64,000 nucleotides of DNA from Proteobacteria bacterium bin106 (lineage in GTDB: Bacteria > Bdellovibrionota_B > Oligoflexia > Oligoflexales > Bin106), in contig MPNI01000010.1 of NCBI GenBank assembly GCA_002238945.1, positions 971-64,970 on the forward strand, read 5' to 3'. The notes under the pieces are model-generated. The model made no database searches and was not told where the DNA came from. It saw only the letters and a list, made by a program, of their open reading frames with translations. This document shows positions 1 to 9,579 of this stretch, piece by piece. A program made the position numbers and the translations under genes. Within the stretch, counting starts at the first letter, position 1; every line of letters begins with the position of its first letter.

Positions 1-48
1 CATACTTCTAACTGTGATGGTTTATAGGTTGTTGTATCAGTGTGATCA

Positions 49-972
49 TCAATGGGGAACGATGCGTCGTAAGGTGTGTGTTGGCTGGGGCTTGTGTAGC
101 TTGTGGATAGGTAGACGTGCATCTTTGAGTCCTGTAAATTGATCGGTTCTTACGCCTTGTTTTTTAGCTATCTGGCGGATGATATAACCTTCTTTTTCTG
201 CCATAGGATCTTGCTTGTGCCATTGTTTGAAAGTAGTGATTTCTTGTGAGCTAAATAGCTCATAGGTAGCGTAAGCTTCATGAAGATAGAGCATCATTCG
301 AGCTATATCTCCTCTGGTTTGTGGTGGTGGAGAGAAGGTTTTATCCTGAAAGCTAATGGAGCATTTGTAAGTGGCTTTAGAGGATGAGGCAAGCATTTCA
401 GCAAAGTTAAACCATTTACTCCCTCTGAGTCTGTTGAGCTTTTTAACCACTGGACGGATATTGAACATATCACTTTCAAAATGAGCGAAAAGCTTGATTT
501 TTTTGGTGAGGCATTTACGCCCTAAGGTAGGGCACATAGAGCGCATTAAGGGGCCTATCTTGTGTTGTAGACGCTCTTTTAAACGTTGCATGGGATAGAG
601 ATGATCAAATTCCACTGTTGTCTTTGGCTCATAGAATGCATAATTTTGCCATAACGAACATTTTTCCACATGGGCGTAGGGCATCTTCAAGGGACAGCCG
701 CAATAAAATGATGTAGGAATATATTTATAGATATCTTTGAGGTAGCGCTTTGCGCTACTAAAAGAAGAGTGGCGATGGGAAGCTTTGTTGCTGAGTACAT
801 ATGCTGAAGAGGTATGAGGCTTTGCTGTTTGGCTATCTTTAGTTAAACCTTCTGCTAAACCTTCTGCCAAACAAGGAGATGGGGGGAGTAGTTGTATGTG
901 AATGTAGACAAGAGATAGAGTATATAGAATATAGAAAAAAGAGACATGTATCGATTGAGTAATGATCTTCAT
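49..972 (-). CDS. Endonuclease I family secreted/periplasmic DNase (EndA/Vvn-like)
   Basis: 307-aa ORF. Motifs FYCGC, EFDHLYPM (cf. EWEHVVPA), DMFNIRP..NRLRGSKWF (cf. DLHNLxPxxGxxNxxRSN) and PPQTRGDIARMMLY. Hydrophobic N-terminus. Confidence 0.8.
   Translation of the reverse strand: MKIITQSIHVSFFYILYTLSLVYIHIQLLPPSPCLAEGLAEGLTKDSQTAKPHTSSAYVLSNKASHRHSSFSSAKRYLKDIYKYIPTSFYCGCPLKMPYAHVEKCSLWQNYAFYEPKTTVEFDHLYPMQRLKERLQHKIGPLMRSMCPTLGRKCLTKKIKLFAHFESDMFNIRPVVKKLNRLRGSKWFNFAEMLASSSKATYKCSISFQDKTFSPPPQTRGDIARMMLYLHEAYATYELFSSQEITTFKQWHKQDPMAEKEGYIIRQIAKKQGVRTDQFTGLKDARLPIHKLHKPQPTHTLRRIVPH
845..872. repeat. In-frame 12-bp tandem repeat (aaaccttctgcY x2.3) encoding LAEG-LAEG in the N-terminal region of the endonuclease
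   Basis: Direct reading of positions 845-856 and 857-868, with a partial third copy. Confidence 0.85.
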
Positions 973-1044
973 AGAGATGAGCTTTTAGTGATAAGTGAGC
1001 AGATGAGTAAAACAGGATGAATCAGCGCAAGAGATAGAACATAT

Positions 1045-2244
1045 ATGAATCAGCGGGTAGAAAAAAATATTCACTTTTTGACAAGTACTTATCCTCCTTA
1101 TCGTGGTGGTATCGGTTTTCATACCGTGAACCTTGCCCGTGGGCTTTCTGCTCGCGGCTATCGTGTTTTCATATGGAGTGCTTTTGATAAATCTCAACGT
1201 CAAAAATCTCGAATATTTATAGATGATTTTCCAGTTACACTCAATGATCTGGGTGCAGATTGGAGCTTAGAAGCTTTTAGCAAGGTCCGTAAGGCCATAC
1301 TTGAGTATCCTGGGGATGTGATGATTCAATATCGTCCTCATGCTTTTCAGGTTCGGCAAAGTTATGAGTTGAGAGCTTTTGTAAAAAAACTCTCAAAGCT
1401 GTCATCAGTAAGATTGCATATTGTGGCTCATCGTCTCTTTGAGTGGCCTCAGATACGCAGTGGTTACATGTGGCGACTGTGGGCTCCTCTTTCTCAGTTA
1501 TTGACTTTGCGTCATCTCCTGCGTCACTCACGGTGCTTTTATCTGACATCCACCCATCTCTCTGGGATGGCTAAGGTATGTCTTATGGGCAAAAAAAAGC
1601 AGTATCTTCCTGTGTCAAGTTATATCTATTCCAAAGTGAATGATGTGAAAACAGAGAATCTTAACAAGGCTTTTAGACAACAGAGTTCGTTTATTATTGG
1701 CACTTTTTCGAGTTTCATTGAACTGAGAGTACTCGATATTCTCTCAGCAGTACTGGCGGTCCTTCTAAGACATCATCCTACGTGGAGGTGGTTATTCTTT
1801 GGTCGTTACTCTCAAGGTTTTGTCAAATTTTTGCAAGGTAAATATCCAGCTCTGAGTGAGCGCATGGATTATGCTGGGGAATTGGACCTGCAAGCTTTGT
1901 CAGCTCATATTCAGATTTCTGATGTGATCTTTCAGCCTTACGATCGAGGAGTAAGTACACGGCGTACTACAGCCATGGCTGTTTTAGATCATGGTATTCC
2001 TATGGTGACATCTTCGGGTGTGTATACAGAACCCATATGGTATCAATCAGGTTGTGTGGAGTTAGTGGATGATAATAATGTGGATGGTTTTATTCAAGCC
2101 ATCGAAGGTCTTGCTGGATCAGAAGATAAATGCAAGGAGCTTTCTGTGCGTGCTAGGCAAACATATGAAAAATACTTTTCTTTACAAAAAAGTATGGAGA
2201 TCATCGAAGGATGTTCTGTATCTTCTCGTTCTCGCCTTCTCTGA
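1045..2244 (+). CDS. Glycosyltransferase, GT-B fold (family 4-like)
   Basis: 399-aa ORF. The N-terminus FLTSTYPPYRGGIGFHTVNLARGLSARGYRV is typical of GT4 enzymes. A C-terminal acidic motif region (GIPMVTSS..E..VELVD) is present. Confidence 0.6.
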   Translation: MNQRVEKNIHFLTSTYPPYRGGIGFHTVNLARGLSARGYRVFIWSAFDKSQRQKSRIFIDDFPVTLNDLGADWSLEAFSKVRKAILEYPGDVMIQYRPHAFQVRQSYELRAFVKKLSKLSSVRLHIVAHRLFEWPQIRSGYMWRLWAPLSQLLTLRHLLRHSRCFYLTSTHLSGMAKVCLMGKKKQYLPVSSYIYSKVNDVKTENLNKAFRQQSSFIIGTFSSFIELRVLDILSAVLAVLLRHHPTWRWLFFGRYSQGFVKFLQGKYPALSERMDYAGELDLQALSAHIQISDVIFQPYDRGVSTRRTTAMAVLDHGIPMVTSSGVYTEPIWYQSGCVELVDDNNVDGFIQAIEGLAGSEDKCKELSVRARQTYEKYFSLQKSMEIIEGCSVSSRSRLL

Positions 2245-2331
2245 TAGGACCATACATATGACAAGATAGAATATGTTGAGATGAGATATGTTTAGAGACA
2301 ATACATGATGGAGTCTTGAGGATATGCATCT

Positions 2332-4308
2332 ATGAGTTATCAACTTCATTCACCATTTAAGCCTTGTGGGGATCAGCCTAAGGCTATTAAGAGTATTGTG
2401 TCTTCTTACAAAAAAGGCATAAAAGAGCAAACTTTACTCGGTGTGACCGGGTCTGGTAAAACCTTTACCATGGCTCATGTTATAGCTGCTCTGGGTGAGT
2501 CAGCTTTGATTATTGCACCTAACAAAACTTTAGCAGGCCAGTTATTTGGAGAGTTTTGTGAGTTTTTTCCTGATGATGCTGTGGAATTCTTTATTAGCTA
2601 CTATGATTACTTCCAACCGGAAGCTTATGTGCCTTCCACAGATACTTATATAGCTAAAGATGCTTCCATCAACGATAACATCGATAAGATGCGCCACCGT
2701 TCTACCCAGCATCTTTTTGAAAAGCCGCAAGTGATCATCATTGCCAGTGTGAGTTGTATTTATGGACTGGGTTCTCCGAGTATGTATTCTGAGAAGGCTA
2801 TTCATTTAGAAGTTGGTAAAAGTTTGACACGAAAATCTTTTACCCAAAGACTCGTTGATTTGCGTTACCTGCGCGATGATATGGAATTGAGTCGTGGGCG
2901 TTTTCGGGTAAGAGGAACTGTTTTTGATGTGATGCCTTCAAGTGAAAAAAAGCGTTATATTCGCGTGCAGTTTTTTGGTAGCCAGATTGAGGATATATCT
3001 CTTTTTGATGCTCAAAATCATCATCAGATTGTCTCTTTGAAACAGATATCTATTTATCCTAACTCCCATTATATCTCTTCGAGTACGGATGTGGCGCACA
3101 TGATCAGGAGTATTCAAGAGGAGCTTAAAGATAGGCTGCAGTATTTTCAAAGCAAGAATAAGTTGGTGGAATATCAACGGCTTGAGCAGAGAGTTATGCA
3201 GGATATTGAGTACTTTGACTCCTTAGGCTATTGTCCTGGGGTAGAGAATTATTCGAGATATCTCAGTGGTGCTCTTCCTGGAGAACCTCCTCCTACTTTA
3301 CTGGATTACTTTCCTGATTCTTTTGTGACTATTGTGGATGAGAGTCACTTATCTATTCCTCAAATTGGTGGAATGTATCAGGGTGATAGAGCGCGTAAGC
3401 AGAATCTTGTGGACTTTGGATTTCGCTTACCATCAGCTTTAGATAACAGGCCACTGAATTTTGAAGAATTCAATGACAGGATAGATAAAGTTTTATATGT
3501 TTCTGCCACTCCTTCAGCTTATGAACTGTCTCGCACCCCTCAAGCTATTACCGAGCAGATTATCCGTCCCACAGGCTTGGTGGATCCTCAGGTCGTAGTT
3601 CGTAGGGCTTCCACACAAATCGATGATCTTTACGCAGAGCTTAAAAAGCTCAAACACACAGGTGGTAAAGCCTTTGTTCTGACTCTTACTAAGAAAATGT
3701 CAGAAGATCTCACGCAATACTTTTCAGATATGGGATTGAGAGTGCGGTATTTGCATTCCAATATCAAGACTCTACAAAGAGATGAGCTTCTCAGTGATTT
3801 ACGTCGTGATTGTTATGATGTCTTGGTGGGGATTAATTTGTTGCGAGAAGGTCTTGATGTCCCTGAAATCACTTTGGTGGCTATTCTTGATGCTGATAAA
3901 GAGGGTTTTTTACGTTCTAAAAGTTCTTTGATTCAGATGGTGGGTCGTGCGGCTCGTAATGTGAATTCTCAAGTGATTTTTTATGCTGATTCCATGACAA
4001 AATCTATGGCAGCAGCTATAGAAGAAACCAAAAGACGACGTGATATTCAGTTAGCTTATAATGCACAACATGGCATACAGCCCAAGAGCACATCTAAACG
4101 TATTGCTCCTAACTTGCGTACGGCTTATGGTCTTAGTGACCATAAAGAAGAGGTATCTGTGGAGTGTCCTGAGGACCAAATAGAGTTAGTAAAGTTAATT
4201 GATAGAAAACACAAACAGATGAAAAAAGCAGCAGGACAGTTGCTCTTTGAGAAGGCCCATCACCTTCAAAAAGAGCTGGCTCTCTTGCGTTCCAAACTTC
4301 TTTCTTAG
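2332..4308 (+). CDS. uvrB: Excinuclease ABC subunit B
   Basis: 658 aa. Walker A GVTGSGKTFT, YYDYFQPEAYVP, VDESH, helicase motifs LVGINLLREGLD and GRAARN, and a C-terminal UVR domain. Confidence 0.97.
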   Translation: MSYQLHSPFKPCGDQPKAIKSIVSSYKKGIKEQTLLGVTGSGKTFTMAHVIAALGESALIIAPNKTLAGQLFGEFCEFFPDDAVEFFISYYDYFQPEAYVPSTDTYIAKDASINDNIDKMRHRSTQHLFEKPQVIIIASVSCIYGLGSPSMYSEKAIHLEVGKSLTRKSFTQRLVDLRYLRDDMELSRGRFRVRGTVFDVMPSSEKKRYIRVQFFGSQIEDISLFDAQNHHQIVSLKQISIYPNSHYISSSTDVAHMIRSIQEELKDRLQYFQSKNKLVEYQRLEQRVMQDIEYFDSLGYCPGVENYSRYLSGALPGEPPPTLLDYFPDSFVTIVDESHLSIPQIGGMYQGDRARKQNLVDFGFRLPSALDNRPLNFEEFNDRIDKVLYVSATPSAYELSRTPQAITEQIIRPTGLVDPQVVVRRASTQIDDLYAELKKLKHTGGKAFVLTLTKKMSEDLTQYFSDMGLRVRYLHSNIKTLQRDELLSDLRRDCYDVLVGINLLREGLDVPEITLVAILDADKEGFLRSKSSLIQMVGRAARNVNSQVIFYADSMTKSMAAAIEETKRRRDIQLAYNAQHGIQPKSTSKRIAPNLRTAYGLSDHKEEVSVECPEDQIELVKLIDRKHKQMKKAAGQLLFEKAHHLQKELALLRSKLLS

Positions 4309-4319
4309 TATGTACGCAT

Positions 4320-6269
4320 ATGCAACCAGATGTTCGCACGCGACTTAAGCGTAAGATAGCCTCTCTTCCTTTTGCACCAGGGGTTTATGTTTTTAAAGGA
4401 AAAGACCTTCAGGTTTTGTATGTGGGTAAGGCTAAATCTTTACCAGATCGTCTTAGTAGTTATTTGAGCTCTCCTTTAAGTCAAACACTGAAAACCCAAA
4501 AGCTTGCTGCCCAGGTATGGGATGTAGAAACCATTGTTGTTCAAACAGAGGTGGAAGCTCTCTTACTTGAGCGTTCGTTGATCAAAACTCATGGTCCGCA
4601 TTTTAATATTTTGCTGAGAGATGATAAGCATTATCCTTATATCAAAGTGGATCTTCAGCAAGACTGGCCACGTTTAACTGTGGTTCGCAGACGATCTCAT
4701 GATGGTGCCACCTATTTGGGCCCTTTTAGCTGTGTAGAGAGTCTATATCGCGTATTAAATTTGGTGCATAACATCTTTCCTTTGGTGCGTTGCTCTGAGT
4801 ATGAATTTACTCATTGTCAGCGTCCTTGCAATTATCACAGCATGGGACAATGTTGGGCTCCATGCCATAAGGAAGTGAGTAAGGAAGATTACCATGGCAT
4901 GATTCAAGACGTTTTGGCGTTTATGCGTGGTAAGAACAAAGAACTTACTAAGAGTCTTCGCTCTAAGATGTCAAAAGCTGCAGAAGATGAAGATTTCTCT
5001 CTTGCTGCCTCTTATCGTGATCAACTTAATGCTCTTCAAGAGGTGGCTTTTCAAGAAAAGGCGCTTAATACATCTTTGCAGGAAGCTGATGTGATCGCTA
5101 TGGAGATGGATGATCAGCATAAACGGGTGTTTGTGTATGTGTTACATATCCGTGATTTTTTGATCAGAGGAGGTGGTTTCTTTGAGTTACATAATCCTTT
5201 TAAAGAAGAACAAAATCAGATTATGCACCAATTTTTATTGCAATACTACATGCGTCCTCGTGAATTACCTCAGGTGATTTTGCTATCTTTTGTACTTGAT
5301 GATTTTAAAGCTTTAAGTAAAGCCTTGTATACCCAGTGCTCTTATAAGGATCGGGGAGGTGCCAAGAAGGTCGCTGTGAAATGTGTGAGGTTGAAAGCTG
5401 AGAAGAAAGCCATGGAGACTTGTGTAAATAATTGCAGATTAGCTATTCAACAGAAGCTAGCAGCTCAAGCACAACAGGTGGATTTTATCGAGCAGGTCAG
5501 AAAAGAGCTGCAACTCAGTTTGTCGTTACGTCATGTGGAGTGTATGGATGTGTCACACTTTTCAGGTACAGGCACAGTGGCTTCAAGGGTGGTATTTGAA
5601 AATGGCAAACCTAATAAATCTCTTTATCGTTGTTATCATATCCCTACTGATAGCCCCACATCACAGCACATAGCTGGTGATGATTATGGAGCTATTCGTT
5701 ACGTCATCCGAAGATGGCTTGCAAAGATGGATGAAGATAACGTGCCTGATGCTGTGGTGATTGATGGTGGTAAGGGACAGTTGATGGCAGCTGTGCATGT
5801 TCAACAAGAAGAATTTCCTCATTTGAAGATACCGTTCTTTGCTTTAGCTAAAGCAAAGAACTTCCAATACTCTAAAGCCTATGGCCGCCGCCGCCGCCGT
5901 AAGTCTCATAACCAGAGCCGTCCTAAAGAGCGTCTCTTTCGTTATGGCTACAAGAATGCTGTGGAACTGGAATATGGCAGCTCATCTTATCGTTTCTTTA
6001 CCCAACTCAGAGATGAAGCTCATCGTTTTGCTTTAAGACATCATAAAAAGCGTATGCAGAAGATCAGACATTCATCAAGCTTAGAAAATGTATCTGGACT
6101 AGGTACTGTGTTAAGAAAACGGCTGCTCCAGCGCTTTTCTTCTCTAAAGAATATCCAGGCTGCAAGCCATGAAGATTTAGCCAGTGTACGTGGTATCAGC
6201 CTTGCTAAAGCTAAAGATATCAAGTGTTATCTTAGCTCTAAAGACTTCTCAGACAATGTCGTTAAGTGA
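4320..6269 (+). CDS. uvrC: Excinuclease ABC subunit C
   Basis: 649 aa. GIY-YIG N-terminus (GVYVFKGKD..LYVGKAKSL), UVR domain (FSLAASYRDQLNAL) and C-terminal (HhH)2 (GLGTVLRKRLLQRF..VRGISLAKA). It lies 11 bp after uvrB. Confidence 0.95.
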   Translation: MQPDVRTRLKRKIASLPFAPGVYVFKGKDLQVLYVGKAKSLPDRLSSYLSSPLSQTLKTQKLAAQVWDVETIVVQTEVEALLLERSLIKTHGPHFNILLRDDKHYPYIKVDLQQDWPRLTVVRRRSHDGATYLGPFSCVESLYRVLNLVHNIFPLVRCSEYEFTHCQRPCNYHSMGQCWAPCHKEVSKEDYHGMIQDVLAFMRGKNKELTKSLRSKMSKAAEDEDFSLAASYRDQLNALQEVAFQEKALNTSLQEADVIAMEMDDQHKRVFVYVLHIRDFLIRGGGFFELHNPFKEEQNQIMHQFLLQYYMRPRELPQVILLSFVLDDFKALSKALYTQCSYKDRGGAKKVAVKCVRLKAEKKAMETCVNNCRLAIQQKLAAQAQQVDFIEQVRKELQLSLSLRHVECMDVSHFSGTGTVASRVVFENGKPNKSLYRCYHIPTDSPTSQHIAGDDYGAIRYVIRRWLAKMDEDNVPDAVVIDGGKGQLMAAVHVQQEEFPHLKIPFFALAKAKNFQYSKAYGRRRRRKSHNQSRPKERLFRYGYKNAVELEYGSSSYRFFTQLRDEAHRFALRHHKKRMQKIRHSSSLENVSGLGTVLRKRLLQRFSSLKNIQAASHEDLASVRGISLAKAKDIKCYLSSKDFSDNVVK

Positions 6270-6662
6270 TGTATAGGTCATCTTTGAGGCACTATGATGT
6301 GTCTTTGCTTGTGTGGATAAGCGATAAGTAAAGACAAAGAGACGAGTGCTTTCAGTGCTTATCTGTACGTCTAAGTAGCAAAAACATCTCAAAACGTGAC
6401 TTGCTTAGCTTATTTAGATTACTTAGCTTGCTTAGCTTGGTGGTGTCGTAAGAAGATCAACAGTACGCCTTATGAGTGGAATACTAAAGGGCACAAACTC
6501 CAAACCTGACTCAGTGGATGTATTCATAGGAACATAGTCATAAGCAGATGATGTGTGCTGCTATTTTCTGTATTGTATATAGCGTACAATGAGCTCGTTT
6601 ATAGCACTATGAGGTAGCGCAAACAGGTATTGTTAAATATTATGTTTTTTTATACGAAGTGC

Positions 6663-6691
6663 TTGACTTTTATTTTATGGCAGGCTAGAAT
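6663..6691 (+). promoter_or_regulatory. Near-consensus sigma70-type promoter (TTGACT-17 nt-TAGAAT) with no ORF behind it
   Basis: ttgact at 6663-6668, a 17-nt spacer, tagaat at 6686-6691. An AAGGAG at 6724-6729 is not followed by a start codon. The next credible CDS starts at 7911. Confidence 0.4.
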
Positions 6692-6790
6692 GCCGCAGAT
6701 CAATACCGTTTTGAAACTCTTTTAAGGAGAAAAAGAACACGAATATCTCAGAAGACAAAGATAGATAGGCGTTTGGCCTGATAGCGTGCG

Positions 6791-6844
6791 TAGCTAGTTA
6801 GTTAGTTAGTTAGTTAGCTAGTTAGTTAGTTAGCTAGTTAGTGA
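6791..6844. repeat. TAGT/TAGC tetranucleotide-based tandem array
   Basis: tagctagttagttagttagttagttagctagttagttagttagctagttagtg read directly. Confidence 0.9.
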
Positions 6845-6886
6845 GACTTATGGAGATTGGCTCATACTTGCTGACATAGGCGACTC

Positions 6887-6919
6887 TAGGTTAACTCTTA
6901 GGTTAACTCTTAGGTTAAA
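6887..6919. repeat. 12-bp tandem repeat taggttaactct x2.7
   Basis: Direct reading. Confidence 0.9.
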
Positions 6920-6935
6920 TAGCTATAGTAAACAT

Positions 6936-6959
6936 GAGAACTAGTGAGAGAACTAGTAA
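6936..6959. repeat. 12-bp tandem repeat gagaactagtRa x2
   Basis: Direct reading. Confidence 0.8.
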
Positions 6960-7279
6960 GAGATAACAAGATGAGATCACTTTACTACTTTACTCACAGC
7001 ACAATGAACACAATGAGTCTGTGCCATATTTTAAATGTGAAGTAATGATAGATAGTGATACATAGCTGATACATAGCAAATAAGAATAGCAATAAGAGAA
7101 TAAGAGTGAGTAAAAAGTAAAAGTAATTATAAAGAAAAGAAGCAAATATTGATAATAGATATAAATAATAGAAAAAAGTAAAATCGACCTTGAAATAGAT
7201 GTAAATATAAGTTATGACTAGGTATGATTGATTCAATATGATCCATGATCAAAGGGATGTGAAGTTATAAATATAAAGC

Positions 7280-7318
7280 ACATGAAAAGAACACATGAAA
7301 AGAACATATGAAATAAAC
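7280..7318. repeat. 13-bp tandem repeat acatgaaaagaac x3 (third copy degenerate)
   Basis: Direct reading. Confidence 0.85.
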
Positions 7319-7404
7319 AATCATATAATTATGAGCTTAGTGATTTTGTAGGCGTGCGTGTAAGTAGCTTAAATAGGCTCAAAGTAGTTTAAATAGCTAA
7401 AAAA

Positions 7405-7449
7405 TGACTAAGACAATGACTAAGACAATGACTAAGACAATGACTAAGA
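7405..7449. repeat. 12-bp tandem repeat tgactaagacaa x3.75
   Basis: Direct reading; the copies are perfect. Confidence 0.95.
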
Positions 7450-7910
7450 GTATAGACATACTATAACGAAAGCATGATCTAGAAACTACCTAATTGTGTG
7501 TATATTTTTTTAGATTAATTGTAGAAATAATCTTTAAAATTGTTGCAAAAAAGAAAAGGGAGCTTGCCATACGAAATCACCGCCTAGTTGTTTTATATAT
7601 AAATAATAGAAAAATATCAGCTCTGCGGACTATCCTATAAAATGTTTATAACCATTAACACAAGGAGGCCAGTATAACTAGCTTAGGAGCTAGTTTGATC
7701 TTGATAACATTAGAAAAGTAGGGTGGATTTTCATAGAGATTCAGTAGGCAGTGGTGGTTTCATGTTAGGGGTGTTTTGGTCTTTAATATTTGGAGGCAAA
7801 TGATGGAAAACGTTAGAGAAGCTAAGAAAGTTAAGGAAAAGGAAATAAGTGCAATAAGTACAATGACGTCGGATAATAAACAGTCAGGTATATTTATTTT
7901 TATTAATGCG

Positions 7911-8513
7911 ATGGCAGTGCCAATGAGGTGGTTGCTTTGTGTGAGTGCAGCTTTGTTGTCTACAACAGCTTATGCGTCTTTTGATACAGCTTCAGAGGAT
8001 GTAAATGCTGAATATGAAGAAAATACAACAGCTAATGATGAATTTGGTGAGTATGAGGTCTTATTTAATTCTGATAAGGAACAGAGAGGAATAATTCATA
8101 TTTTTGTAAATAATAATGATCAATTTGGTGATAGTGTGGCTTATCCTTCAGACTTTAATCCTAATTCTGGTTACACTTTTCGGAATGGCTCTGATTTTTA
8201 CGTGTCGTTTGAAGATGATTCATCTGATGTTCGTGGTATTCAAATCATTTACGGTTTGAGCCCAGAAGAAGATGGCTGGAGTATGACACGTAACCAAGTG
8301 ACTGTAGATCAACTACGTGAAGGTTTAGAGAATCTTCGCTATGAAGTTGTTGAGCGTGAGAGTGCTTTGGTAGAAGTAAATTATCAATTGGGATCTGGAT
8401 TTCTTTCTAATGAGCAAAGAGGGGAGCTTATCAGCATTCAAAATCAGCTCAAAGATGAGCTAGCAAGTCGTAAGAATTTGGTTTATCGTATTTCTGAGAT
8501 GGTGAATAGTTAA
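7911..8513 (+). CDS. Hypothetical secreted protein
   Basis: The ORF is open from 7776, but Met at 7911 begins a typical signal peptide (MAVPMRWLLCVSAALLSTTAYA). A strong terminator follows. I recognise no domain. Confidence 0.5.
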   Translation: MAVPMRWLLCVSAALLSTTAYASFDTASEDVNAEYEENTTANDEFGEYEVLFNSDKEQRGIIHIFVNNNDQFGDSVAYPSDFNPNSGYTFRNGSDFYVSFEDDSSDVRGIQIIYGLSPEEDGWSMTRNQVTVDQLREGLENLRYEVVERESALVEVNYQLGSGFLSNEQRGELISIQNQLKDELASRKNLVYRISEMVNS

Positions 8514-8568
8514 TTTGTATTGATGATGTTTTCTTCTGATATCATCAGTCATCAACCTTTTGGAATCT

Positions 8569-8601
8569 AGGATACAGTCCGTTGGGCTGTATCCTTTTTT
8601 T
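8569..8601 (+). terminator. Rho-independent terminator
   Basis: A 9-bp perfect stem, aggatacag (8569-8577) with ctgtatcct (8587-8595), followed by a T7 run. Confidence 0.8.
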
Positions 8602-9579
8602 ATGCATTCTTATTTATACAGTTATGTCTTTATTTTCGAGAATTTGTAAACACGTACGTGTGTCACATATGAACGATGATTGTTTTGTTATTAATAGCTA
8701 TAGATTAGGTTATTTTAGCTTATATTTCGTTAGCTTATATATATTTACAGTGAATTTATATTTTTAGGCTCTGTTGTTATTAGGCAGTGGCATATCATTT
8801 CAACTTGTTATGACGTGTTCCAACAATATTACGTTCTTCTTTGTTAAATACTATGCCTAAAAATTGACGAATCCTTTGTGATCTTAATGTTTTTTAGCAT
8901 TGCGACGATCTTTGATGTGCTGAATAGTATTATTTAAAGCTTTATGTATTGTTTGAGATGATTGTTGAATTTTGAACTCTATAATAAAACCTTGATCTTT
9001 ATATAGCACATTAACATCACTTGCACTAACATTGATGGGCTGTTCAGCATTAAACCCGACACTTGCACCATAAATGTCTGCTTGTAGGTTACGCCTCCAT
9101 CTTCTCAGTGTCAGGAGATGGTAAAGTAGGTGTGGTAAATAGTCAATATGTATGGATTTGATGCTGTCTTTTGATGGCTATCAGTGGCTTGTCTTGGTTT
9201 CGTTAGTGCACATATGAGTGCTGACTTTAGGTTTTTGACTTATCAAATGCATTAAACTTTTTGGGCTATGGTTACGATAAGTTGGTTTGCTCATTGTTGC
9301 GGCGAGTGTTGCGGCTTGTTGCGGTGAGGAGATAGGTTGTTTTCAACTCAGAGTAACTTATAACCATGAAGATGATCTGTAAGGAAGGCTTTGATACTTT
9401 TTATGCAAGACACTGATCCTTATGGGCAGCTGGTTTTTGCTGGTCACTACAAGAGTTTAAAAAAGTCACTTTAGGGCTAAGGTTCTGATATTGTGGCGGT
9501 TTTAGGTGAGAGTTCTGGAATCAGGATATCAAAGTCAGGAAGATGGTATTTTTATTGGCTAAAAAGGGTAATCGCGGTT

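Noticed and set aside
6994-7236. An 80-aa minus-strand ORF in the uvrC-downstream spacer
   Set aside because: Its composition is extremely low-complexity (Phe/Tyr/Leu/Ile) and comes from AT-rich, repeat-rich DNA. It has no SD, so it is most likely spurious.
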